Assembly: GCA_045603865.1 (NCBI GenBank)
Contig: JAZUMX010000906.1
Span: 1 to 41,280, forward strand
Length of the DNA stretch: 41,280 nt
Source of the DNA: Thermoguttaceae bacterium
Lineage (GTDB): Bacteria; Planctomycetota; Planctomycetia; Pirellulales; Thermoguttaceae
Direction: 5' to 3'
Shown: piece after piece, positions 8,609 to 16,619 of the stretch
Numbering within the stretch: the first letter of the stretch is position 1
Layout: the number at the start of each line of letters is the position of its first letter
Program-made: the position numbers and the translations under genes
Notes under the pieces: model-generated
Told to the model about the DNA's origin: nothing
What the model saw: the letters and a program-made list of their open reading frames with translations, nothing else
Database searches by the model: none

Positions 8609-9751
8609 ATGACTTGCAATAAAAGAATGAACATTATGAGAAATAAAAACGCTTTTACGTTGGTTGAACTGTTGGTTGTAATTGCTATTATGAGCGTGTT
8701 GATTGGATTGCTCCTTCCCGCCGTCAACGCCGCTCGCGAAGCCGCTCGAAAGTCAACATGCAGCAATAATATCAGGCAGTTGGCGGCGGCGCTTTTTAAT
8801 TATGAACAAAAAAACCAGGGCTTGCCTCCGGCTATGAACTTTAAAACGGTAACAGGCTCCAGTCCTTATGATTCCCCTGGCGAGTCCAACGTTCTGGAAA
8901 ACTGGATCGTTCGAATTTTGCCAAACATGGAGCAGACGGCTTTGTATGACGACATCTATAATCTTATGCGGCCCAAACGTTTCCAAAAAGAAAGTTACAG
9001 CGCCAAAATCGAAAACACCATTGATAAAACTGTTACCAGTTCTCAAGACAGTTCTATCACAATGAAATCGTGCAGGGAAACTGTTATTCCTTCAATTCTT
9101 TGTCCGTCAGACGCTGGGGCAAACAGTGTGATCTATGAATCGGGATCGTTTACCGGAGCTCGCTGCAATTACGGCGCGAATATGGGCCTGAAACAGCCTA
9201 AATTCCTGGCTGGAAGCAACTGGTCTGTTCCCAGCAACCGCGGCGTAATGGGGCCAGGAGAATCTTTAAGAATAACAGATATTTCCGACGGCGCCAGCAA
9301 CACGATTTTGCTGGCGGAACTGCGCGCGGGCGTTACGTCTAAAGATCCTCGCGGAACCTGGGCGTTAGGCGGTCCGGGCGCCAGCGCAATTGCCGCCTGC
9401 GGCTGGGACGAAGGAACTGTTCTGGCTAGTCGAACAGAAGGGCACGACAAAGGTCCTAACGCCAGAGACAGAAATAACAAGTCCGGCGTTGGCGACCAGA
9501 TTTTAACCGGATTGGATCTTTCCGCCGACGAATTGTACGATTTGAAAATGCCTGTCAGAACAAAGACTGCCAATACGCAGGCGACAACGCGTTCGTCTCA
9601 TGCGGGCGGCGTAACTGCATGTTTTGCCGACGGTTCAGTGCACTGGTTGTCGGATTCAATCGATACCAGCGGCACAGCTTCTGTATATAGCGTTTTTGAT
9701 CGTCTTCTGTCCTCTGGAGACGGAAACGAAATTCAGGACAACTCCTTCTGA
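8609..9751 (+). CDS. DUF1559 (H-X9-DG) protein with a prepilin-type leader, paralog 3
   Basis: AFTLVELLVVIAIMSVL...AAREAARK and SSHAGGVTACFADGSVHWLSDS. The start is uncertain (8609, 8627 or 8636). Confidence 0.85.
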   Translation: MTCNKRMNIMRNKNAFTLVELLVVIAIMSVLIGLLLPAVNAAREAARKSTCSNNIRQLAAALFNYEQKNQGLPPAMNFKTVTGSSPYDSPGESNVLENWIVRILPNMEQTALYDDIYNLMRPKRFQKESYSAKIENTIDKTVTSSQDSSITMKSCRETVIPSILCPSDAGANSVIYESGSFTGARCNYGANMGLKQPKFLAGSNWSVPSNRGVMGPGESLRITDISDGASNTILLAELRAGVTSKDPRGTWALGGPGASAIAACGWDEGTVLASRTEGHDKGPNARDRNNKSGVGDQILTGLDLSADELYDLKMPVRTKTANTQATTRSSHAGGVTACFADGSVHWLSDSIDTSGTASVYSVFDRLLSSGDGNEIQDNSF

Positions 9752-9773
9752 TTTAACTTAATCGTAACAAAGA

Positions 9774-10487
9774 ATGAGCAAAAAATCGACGCGTAAGACG
9801 GACAAAAACGGCAAGAAACGCTCTCCGAAGTCCTCGGAACATAACAATTGTCACCCGGAGGGCTGTTCTTGCGGACATTGTCGTCATGAGCGTCGCGACC
9901 ATGACTGCGATTGTTGCTCTGCGGACGTCTATTCAACGCCGATGAATGGCGATTCGCCGGACATAGAAAAAATTACAGAGTTGGCAAATCATGGCGTTGC
10001 AATGGCTCAGTACGATCTTGGCGTTTGTTACAACAGCGGTTTGGTCGTAGAAGAAAATCCTCAAACGGCGGCGCAATGGTTCTTCAAAGCGGCTCAGCAG
10101 GCGGACGGAGACGCTCAGTTTGCTTTGGGGCGTCTGTATCTGGAAGGGCGCGGCGTTCCGCAGCTTGACGATGCTGCCAGGAAGTGGTTTGAAGTTGCCG
10201 CTCAGCACGGGCACGCCGCATCTCAAAATCAGATGGGATATTTGTATTTGCACGGCATTGGCGTCGAAAAGAATCCGATGATTGCAATGCACTGGTGGCT
10301 GGAATCCGCTGAAAACGGTTTTCCGGAAGCGATGTTCAATCTGGCTCTGTGGTACGCCAAAGGCGAATGTCTCGAACCGGACGAGAAGGCGGCTATGGAC
10401 TGGCTTCGCAAAGCCGCAGACGCAGGATTTCCTCCTGCGGTTGAATTTCTTGAACAAATGGAGTCTGTTACGGAAAACGAAGAATGA
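9774..10487 (+). CDS. Sel1-repeat protein with an N-terminal Cys/His-rich cluster
   Basis: About four Sel1-like repeats (AQYDLGVCYNSG..., AQFALGRLYLEGRGV..., SQNQMGYLYLHGIGV..., AMFNLALWYAKG...). The N-terminus carries CHPEGCSCGHCRHERRDHDCDCC. Confidence 0.85.
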   Translation: MSKKSTRKTDKNGKKRSPKSSEHNNCHPEGCSCGHCRHERRDHDCDCCSADVYSTPMNGDSPDIEKITELANHGVAMAQYDLGVCYNSGLVVEENPQTAAQWFFKAAQQADGDAQFALGRLYLEGRGVPQLDDAARKWFEVAAQHGHAASQNQMGYLYLHGIGVEKNPMIAMHWWLESAENGFPEAMFNLALWYAKGECLEPDEKAAMDWLRKAADAGFPPAVEFLEQMESVTENEE

Positions 10488-11698
10488 AAGAAAGTCAAAA
10501 TCCCCCCGTTCTTTCTGTAACGCAGCTCAACGAAATAATTAAAAACGTCCTGGGGCGCGAGCTGTCAAACGTTTGGGTTTGCGGCGAAGTCTCCGGTCTG
10601 TCCCGTTCTTCTGCCGGACACGTCTATTTATCGCTCAAAGACGGCGACGGTACAAGCGTCGTCGGCGCTGTAATTTGGCGGTCGACGGCGTCCAAAATCA
10701 ACTTTGACCTTCAAGACGGCATGGAACTGCTCTGCCGCGGGCGAATTGACGTCTACCCGCCTACCGGGCGGTATCAGCTTATTATCGATCATGCGGAACC
10801 GCGGGGAGAAGGACGGCTTCAGAGAGAGTTTCGATTGCTGTTTAAAAAGCTGTCGGAAGAAGGACTGTTCGACGACCAGCGCAAACGTCCGGTTCCTCGC
10901 GACATCCGTCGAATCGGCGTTGTTACAGGAATTGGAACGGCGGCGCTGCACGATTTCCTGGAAACGCTGCGTCTGCGATGGAAAGGGCTTAACGTCCTTA
11001 TCGCCCCGGCGAAAATGCAGGGCGAGGGAGCCAGCAGAGAAGTCGTCGCTCAAATTCAGGCGCTTAACCGAATGACCGACCCCGTCGACGTCATCGTTGT
11101 TACGCGCGGCGGCGGGTCGCCGGAAGACCTCTGGACGTTCAACGAGGAAATCGTCGTTCGAGCGATCGTCGCGTCAAAGATTCCCGTTGTCTCCGCCATC
11201 GGACACGAAGTCGACGTAACGCTGTCGGACTTTGCCGCAGACGTTCGCGCTTTAACGCCGACCGATGCCGCCCAGCGGGTTTCCCCCGACACGACGGCAA
11301 TGCAGCAGCGCTTGCGTCAGTACGCCGCTCAGCTCAAATCCGCGCTCAACAGTCGCTTTCAGCTTGCTGTTCGATGGTTGGAGAGTATCGAGTCCCGCCG
11401 GGCGTTTACCAATCCGCTGGACGGCGTTCTGTTTAGAGCGCAGCAGCTGGACGAACTGGAAAAGCGGCTTTGCCGTTCGGCAGACGCCTGCGTCAAAGAC
11501 AAAACGGCGCAACTGGAAAAGACCGCGGCGAAAGTCGAATCGCTCTCGCCCCTGAAAACCCTCGCAAGAGGCTATTCTGTTACACTCAATAACCGCAGCG
11601 ACGTTGTCCGTTCTGCCGACGAATTGTCCGTGGGCGATACAATTACAACGGTTTTGGAAAAGGGCAGGGTGGTTAGCGTTGTTGAAAGCTGCGAATAG
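10484..11698 (+). CDS. xseA: Exodeoxyribonuclease VII large subunit
   Basis: OB-fold N-terminus LSVTQLN...VWVCGEVSGLS...GHVYLSLKD, RIGVVTG, and RGGGSPEDLWTFNEE followed by SAIGHEVD. ATGA overlap with the upstream gene. Confidence 0.92.
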   Translation: MKESQNPPVLSVTQLNEIIKNVLGRELSNVWVCGEVSGLSRSSAGHVYLSLKDGDGTSVVGAVIWRSTASKINFDLQDGMELLCRGRIDVYPPTGRYQLIIDHAEPRGEGRLQREFRLLFKKLSEEGLFDDQRKRPVPRDIRRIGVVTGIGTAALHDFLETLRLRWKGLNVLIAPAKMQGEGASREVVAQIQALNRMTDPVDVIVVTRGGGSPEDLWTFNEEIVVRAIVASKIPVVSAIGHEVDVTLSDFAADVRALTPTDAAQRVSPDTTAMQQRLRQYAAQLKSALNSRFQLAVRWLESIESRRAFTNPLDGVLFRAQQLDELEKRLCRSADACVKDKTAQLEKTAAKVESLSPLKTLARGYSVTLNNRSDVVRSADELSVGDTITTVLEKGRVVSVVESCE

Positions 11699-11807
11699 GC
11701 GAGCCGGGGTGCGTAAGCCCCCGGAAGAACTCACGCGGAGATGCGGAGGAGCGGAGGATATTCGCGAAGTTTAAAAAACTATGCGTTCTTTGCGGCTAAT
11801 AATTATA

Positions 11808-11862
11808 AGGAAAGAAGAAAGCGACCAACGGGAGCGATTATAATGCGTTTCGCGCGGTAGCG
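11808..11862. repeat. Degenerate partial copy of the 62-nt REP-like unit
   Basis: Shares the exact 16-mer gcgaccaacgggagcg and flanking similarity with 13454-13515. Confidence 0.5.
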
Positions 11863-11886
11863 CGGATCGGGAGCGGCGCCTCGCCG

Positions 11887-11914
11887 CCTCGCAACTCGCT
11901 ACTCGCAACTTTAA
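11887..11914. repeat. Heptamer array (ACTCGCA family)
   Basis: cctcgca actcgct actcgca actttaa, upstream of the DUF1844 gene. Confidence 0.7.
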
Positions 11915-11952
11915 TAATCACGTCATCATTTTAACGAAAGGAACCCAACAAT

Positions 11953-12222
11953 ATGTCAAACGAACAATTACCCGAAGCGAGCTTGCAGACTCTTGTTTCC
12001 ATGCTTGCCACTCAAGCGATGGTTGCCATGGGAATTCTGAACATTCCCGGACAGGAAAAGATCGAAGTCAATCTGCCTTTGGCTCAGCATTTTATTACCC
12101 TCGTCGAAATCCTTGACAAAAAGACCAAGGGAAACAAAACGGACGAAGAAGAAAAAATGTTTGACCAGATTCTTTACGAACTTCACATGGGGTTCGTTCG
12201 CGTTAAGGAGGCTCAAAAATGA
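11953..12222 (+). CDS. DUF1844 domain protein
   Basis: LVSMLATQAMVAMG...LPLAQHFITLVEILDKKTKGN matches the DUF1844 pattern as I remember it. ATGA overlap with pepT. Confidence 0.8.
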   Translation: MSNEQLPEASLQTLVSMLATQAMVAMGILNIPGQEKIEVNLPLAQHFITLVEILDKKTKGNKTDEEEKMFDQILYELHMGFVRVKEAQK

Positions 12223-13454
12223 GCTTTTCCGCCGAAACGCGATCCAGCCTGCTGGAAAGATTTTTGCAGTACGTTAAAATCGACACCGGATCTTGTGACG
12301 ACTCGACGTCCGCGCCCAGCACGGAACGTCAGCTTGACCTTTCCCGCTTACTGTACAGCCAGCTTAAGGAACTGGGACTTAAAGACGTTTTCCTGTCAGA
12401 GTTTGGCGTCGTCTACGCGACCATTGACGCCAACGTCGACAAGCCCTGTCCGACAATTGGTTTCTGCGCTCACGTCGACACTGCGCCCGACGTCCCGACA
12501 GGACCCGTTCATCCGCGCATAATCGAGAATTACGACGGCTCCGACATCGTCCTGGGCGACTCCGGGAAAACGATTGCGTTCAGCGAGAACAGCGAACTCG
12601 CCAATGCCGTTGGCAAAACGATTATTGTAACAGACGGAACGACCCTTCTGGGCGGCCATGACAAAACCGGCGTTGCCGTCATGATGGAAATGGCGAAGTT
12701 CCTGCTCGACAACCCGGACTTTCCACACGGTACGATTCGTCTGTGCTTTTCCGTTGACGAAGAAATCGGCAGAGGCGCAGACCACATCGAGCTGGACAGG
12801 TTCAAGTGCGATTTCGCCTATACGCTCGACTCGGAAGGGACAAACGGCATCGACGTCGAAACCTTCTCCGCCGACATGGCGATTGTTACATTCCACGGCG
12901 TCAACATTCACCCGTCAATCGGAAAGGGAAAACTGGTCAACGCGATTAAAGGCGCGTCTGCTTTTATTGACCTGCTGCCCAAAGACGGCGTCAGCCCGGA
13001 AACGACGGAAAATCGGGAACCGTTCGTACACCCGATTGACATCTCCGGCAACTGCGAAAAGACGGTTGTCCGGCTGATTCTCCGCGCCTTCGACACGCCC
13101 CAGCTTGCCGTTTTCGCCGACTGGCTCAAAGAGCTTGCCGCCAAGGCGATCGAACCTTTCCCCGGCATGAAAGCAGACGTCGAAACGGTATTCCAGTACC
13201 GCAACATGGGCGACGGACTCAGAGATCGTCCGGAAGCGGTCGACCGCGCCTATAACGCTTTAGCGAGACTGGGCAGAACGGCGATTCGTCAAATCGTCCG
13301 CGGCGGAACAGACGGTTCTCGCCTGACGGAGATGGGGCTTCCCACTCCCAATCTGACCGCCGGCTCTCACAACCCCCACGCCGTTGTCGAATGGGCAAAT
13401 CTTGATGAAATGCTCGAAACGCTGGAATGGTCGCTGGAGATAGTCAGGGAATAA
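12219..13454 (+). CDS. pepT: Peptidase T-like tripeptide aminopeptidase (M20B)
   Basis: N-terminal LLERFLQYVKIDT, HVDTAPD, LLGGHDKTGVA, FSVDEEIG, and a C-terminal GGTDGS...NPHAVVEW block. Confidence 0.88.
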   Translation: MSFSAETRSSLLERFLQYVKIDTGSCDDSTSAPSTERQLDLSRLLYSQLKELGLKDVFLSEFGVVYATIDANVDKPCPTIGFCAHVDTAPDVPTGPVHPRIIENYDGSDIVLGDSGKTIAFSENSELANAVGKTIIVTDGTTLLGGHDKTGVAVMMEMAKFLLDNPDFPHGTIRLCFSVDEEIGRGADHIELDRFKCDFAYTLDSEGTNGIDVETFSADMAIVTFHGVNIHPSIGKGKLVNAIKGASAFIDLLPKDGVSPETTENREPFVHPIDISGNCEKTVVRLILRAFDTPQLAVFADWLKELAAKAIEPFPGMKADVETVFQYRNMGDGLRDRPEAVDRAYNALARLGRTAIRQIVRGGTDGSRLTEMGLPTPNLTAGSHNPHAVVEWANLDEMLETLEWSLEIVRE

Positions 13455-13601
13455 ATGAAAGGCGGTAACGAAGCGACCAACGGGAGCGGAGTTACGCAGT
13501 TCGCCGAAGGCGAACCAAAAAGCTTGTACCCGATGTTACGTTCGCCTGACGGCGAATGCGTAATTCCGTTCGCTTTGCGAACTCCATTACCGCCTTCCAT
13601 T
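13454..13601. repeat. Palindromic pair of 62-nt REP-like units filling the convergent pepT / glycosidase gap
   Basis: 13454-13515 and the reverse complement of 13540-13601 match at both ends and diverge in the centre. Each unit ends in the small hairpin ttcgcc-N3/4-ggcgaa. Confidence 0.85.
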
Positions 13602-13607
13602 AATTCC

Positions 13608-14684
13608 CTATAACTTCTTAGACGTTGCCAACGCGATGGCGCGTCCGCGGTTTCCGACGGCGCAGTAGAAATGGTATACGCCGCCGTCGACTTTGACGCA
13701 CCACGGTTTGTGGGCGTAGGTCGCGTCCCACGGTTCGGAGGGAGCGATTAAATCCGTTCCCGTCCATTTCGTCCAATGAACCAGATCTTTTGAAACGGCG
13801 AACGTGTCGAACGCTTTGGGCTTCCAGAAGGCGCCGAAGTAGAACATAACCCAGTAGTCGCCGATTTTCACAATTTGCGGGTCGCCGGAGATGCCGCGAT
13901 GGTTGTCGATAACCGGGTCGGCGCCGTATCGCGTCCAGTTCCGCATATCTTTTGAAATCGCCATGCCGATCCGTTCCGCCCCGCTGTGCTTGGCGTTATA
14001 GTACATCACAAACGGCGCGCCGAGGGTCTGCGCTTTGTCCCAAATCACCGTACTCTTATACAGCGTCGTCTTTTCAAACCAGCGAGCGTCTTCGTCCTGC
14101 GGAGAGAAAATTGGATTCTGCTCGTATCGCGTCCACTCTTTGGCGGCGGTCGGGTCGTCTGTATAAGCAACGCCCATCGACAGCGGATCGGTTTCGTACC
14201 CCTTGCGACTCCCGCCCAAATACGTCAGCCAGTATTTGCCATCGTACTGCTGAATCTCGGCGGATCCGCCCCAGGTCGCGTCAATCAACGAGGCGTATCC
14301 CGCCACCTGCCAAGCGTCCCAGCCCGTTTGCGGGAACGTGAGAATCGGACCGAGATATTCCCATTTAATCAAATCGTCGCTTTTGGCGAGGAACGTTTCG
14401 TAACCGACGCCGCCTGTCATGGAAATGAAGATCATATACCAGACGCCGTCTTTCCGGAAAATCGACGGGCAGTCAACCAGCTGACCGTTGAGCTTGTCCA
14501 GAATTATCCCGTACTTGTACGGCGTTTTGACTTCCTCGTAGATCGATTCCATTTCCGACGGAGAAACGGCAGCGGACTCGTCCGAATCGTCTCCGAAAAC
14601 GTACGGCGCTGAGAAAAACGTCCCGGCGGCGACTCCCGCCCCGGTCAAATGAAGCAATCGACTTCCAAATTCACGTCTGTTCAT
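13608..14684 (-). CDS. Secreted beta-propeller glycoside-hydrolase-like protein (GH43/GH32/GH130-type fold) with a Tat-like signal
   Basis: MNRREFGSRLLHLTGAGVAAG twin-Arg leader. Repeated W/Y-rich blade motifs (DGVWYMIF, DGKYWLTYLG, FVMYYNA, DYWVMFYFG, GVYHFYCA). The family assignment is by eye only. Confidence 0.75.
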   Translation of the reverse strand: MNRREFGSRLLHLTGAGVAAGTFFSAPYVFGDDSDESAAVSPSEMESIYEEVKTPYKYGIILDKLNGQLVDCPSIFRKDGVWYMIFISMTGGVGYETFLAKSDDLIKWEYLGPILTFPQTGWDAWQVAGYASLIDATWGGSAEIQQYDGKYWLTYLGGSRKGYETDPLSMGVAYTDDPTAAKEWTRYEQNPIFSPQDEDARWFEKTTLYKSTVIWDKAQTLGAPFVMYYNAKHSGAERIGMAISKDMRNWTRYGADPVIDNHRGISGDPQIVKIGDYWVMFYFGAFWKPKAFDTFAVSKDLVHWTKWTGTDLIAPSEPWDATYAHKPWCVKVDGGVYHFYCAVGNRGRAIALATSKKL

Positions 14685-14872
14685 GATCGTTCTTATAACA
14701 AATTGCAAGGTCTCGAATGGGTAAATATACTAAAACCGTCATCAACGGCGCTGTTGAGCGTCAAATATATTATACCCACTTTTCTGGACGATGTCAACAA
14801 ATTAGACGATCGAATTTTTCTTGCGAGGATATATAACCAGAAATGGTTATCTGTTTGGATAACCCCGCCTTT

Positions 14873-15328
14873 TTAAAATGATTGGTATCGGTCGTCCCAG
14901 TCATCTTGAAACGATTTTTGAGATGCCCGATTCGCATTGTCAGCAATCGTTTTTTCAGCAACAGCCATGACTTTATCGTCAAGGTGCGACTGCTGAACAA
15001 GCCCCCATATTTGTGTAACAATTACAGGCCAAAATACAAACCACATAATAGCCGTAGGGATAGCCTGAAGTTCAAACAGACCAACGCTTGCCTTAATATG
15101 AACCGAGTTATCGTTTTCTGGAGTAATTAAAACGTTAAGAGCTGTTTTCAGACCTAAAGCCGCTTTAAAAAGTCCGCCCTTTCGAATGGATACCTGAGTT
15201 CCAAAAGCACAAGAAACCTTTGAGCACTCATATCCGTCTTTCATGAAATCGTTGATAATATTCTCCGCAATGACGTCTATTAAAGCCGGATTGCAAGAAA
15301 ACGTTTTTTCACTTTGAAACACTCCCAT
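14873..15328 (-). CDS. Hypothetical small membrane protein (151 aa), last gene of the island operon
   Basis: RBS aaggagg lies 6 nt upstream of the ATG and overlaps the stop of the upstream gene. There is one strongly hydrophobic segment, AIPTAIMWFVFWPVIVTQIWGLV. I recognise no family. Confidence 0.75.
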   Translation of the reverse strand: MGVFQSEKTFSCNPALIDVIAENIINDFMKDGYECSKVSCAFGTQVSIRKGGLFKAALGLKTALNVLITPENDNSVHIKASVGLFELQAIPTAIMWFVFWPVIVTQIWGLVQQSHLDDKVMAVAEKTIADNANRASQKSFQDDWDDRYQSF

Positions 15329-15339
15329 GTTATCCTCCT

Positions 15340-15594
15340 TTACTTATTTTCAGACTGTTTAGTCCAAGCTTGCGAAATGGCAGACAAAACGCATGTTTCA
15401 ACCAACAATTTTTCAATGAACGCTTGCTGCTCTTCTGGAAGCGTTGAAGTTTTTTTGAGAAGGGAAATAACCTTTTTGGATTGTTCCATAATCTCTTCAT
15501 CTGTAACGACGCCATCCTCCATGATTTTTTTGAATGACGGGCTATTCATAACAGCTTCATCGATATTGACTATTCCTGATTCATTTAACAACAT
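15340..15594 (-). CDS. Hypothetical small helical acidic protein (84 aa)
   Basis: RBS aaggag lies 9 nt upstream of the internal ATG at 15594, which is preferred over 15642. It sits 11 nt upstream of the next gene. I recognise no family. Confidence 0.65.
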   Translation of the reverse strand: MLLNESGIVNIDEAVMNSPSFKKIMEDGVVTDEEIMEQSKKVISLLKKTSTLPEEQQAFIEKLLVETCVLSAISQAWTKQSENK

Positions 15595-15656
15595 TGTTTT
15601 GGCTCCTTTCGACCAAAGGAAAATCGTTGGGTATATTGACAATCTGAAACGGAATC

Positions 15657-16577
15657 TTATTCTATCCGCAGTTTATCCCATTGTTGAATATAAAAACTGC
15701 TGGAATGCTCAAGACTCGGGGAGCCTTGATTTATTCCAACGTGATACTCGCGAAGCCGGTCATTTTTGCCGGAATATCCTGTACTGCCTAAAGCAGAATG
15801 TCCCATGTTATACAAAGAGTACAGCATTAATGCGTGGTCGTATGGATTAAATATTGAACTAATTGGTTTCAAAACAGCTCCGCACGCCTGTTCAATATTG
15901 GGATCGTCATAGTCAATTGCCGCTCCCAAAAGAGCAGCTTGATTAATCTTGATATGTTTAGTTTTCAATTGAGCCAAGGTCTTTACAACGATATTGGCGC
16001 CAAGCGAATGGCCAATCAGGAAAAGCCCTTTTTGTTCGACGTTTGATGCTTTGGCAATCTTGTTCGCAAGCGCGTCTGCTACTTTATCGGTGTCGCGTTT
16101 TGCGTTTTCCCACCGAGTGAATAACGAGAGCGGCAACATCTTTGGCAGCTTGTCAATCCATGATTGAAGCATTGGGGATAACAAAACTGACGATTTAAAA
16201 AACTCAATGAACAAGGGCGATTTCAAAATCTTCTGCACCGAATCTGAAGACGCTGTGCGAGTTAACAAATCAGCGCTGTCAACAAATTGTTTCCATGCTT
16301 CCGATAATGAATCGTCTTGATCGTTTGAGGAGAGAATAGTCTCATCTAAAGATCGAACTCCGGAATCCCCGCTGATAATTTTACGATTGCTGGCTGGACC
16401 TTCCCATGCCAAACTGTTAATTGAACAATCAGGAAAAATCCGTTTTAACAAATTGAGTTCATTTTTTTGAGATTCGTTACCTGAACGAAATCCTGGTATA
16501 TACAGGATCTTTAAGGACTGAACTCCTGGGGGAAGGACGGGTTTCCATTCTCTGCCTGTTGAATTATTATCACTCAC
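15657..16577 (-). CDS. Alpha/beta-hydrolase, lipase/esterase-like (GxSxG nucleophile elbow)
   Basis: LYIPGF strand, then LFLIGHSLGANIV (GHSLG encoded at 15999-16013). Candidate acid and base residues follow (NPYDHAL, later His). GTG start. Low GC. Confidence 0.8.
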   Translation of the reverse strand: MSDNNSTGREWKPVLPPGVQSLKILYIPGFRSGNESQKNELNLLKRIFPDCSINSLAWEGPASNRKIISGDSGVRSLDETILSSNDQDDSLSEAWKQFVDSADLLTRTASSDSVQKILKSPLFIEFFKSSVLLSPMLQSWIDKLPKMLPLSLFTRWENAKRDTDKVADALANKIAKASNVEQKGLFLIGHSLGANIVVKTLAQLKTKHIKINQAALLGAAIDYDDPNIEQACGAVLKPISSIFNPYDHALMLYSLYNMGHSALGSTGYSGKNDRLREYHVGINQGSPSLEHSSSFYIQQWDKLRIE

Positions 16578-16619
16578 AATTGGCGCTCACGTATTAAAAC
16601 CGACAAATAATGTGTGTAC

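Noticed and set aside
11703-11724. ccgggg...ccccgg hairpin after xseA as a terminator
   Set aside because: It has only a 6-bp stem and no following T-tract, so the evidence is too weak to annotate it.
15314-15850. 178-aa plus-strand ORF inside the island
   Set aside because: It overlaps three minus-strand genes that have good RBSs and coupled spacing. An AT-rich antisense frame stays open by chance.
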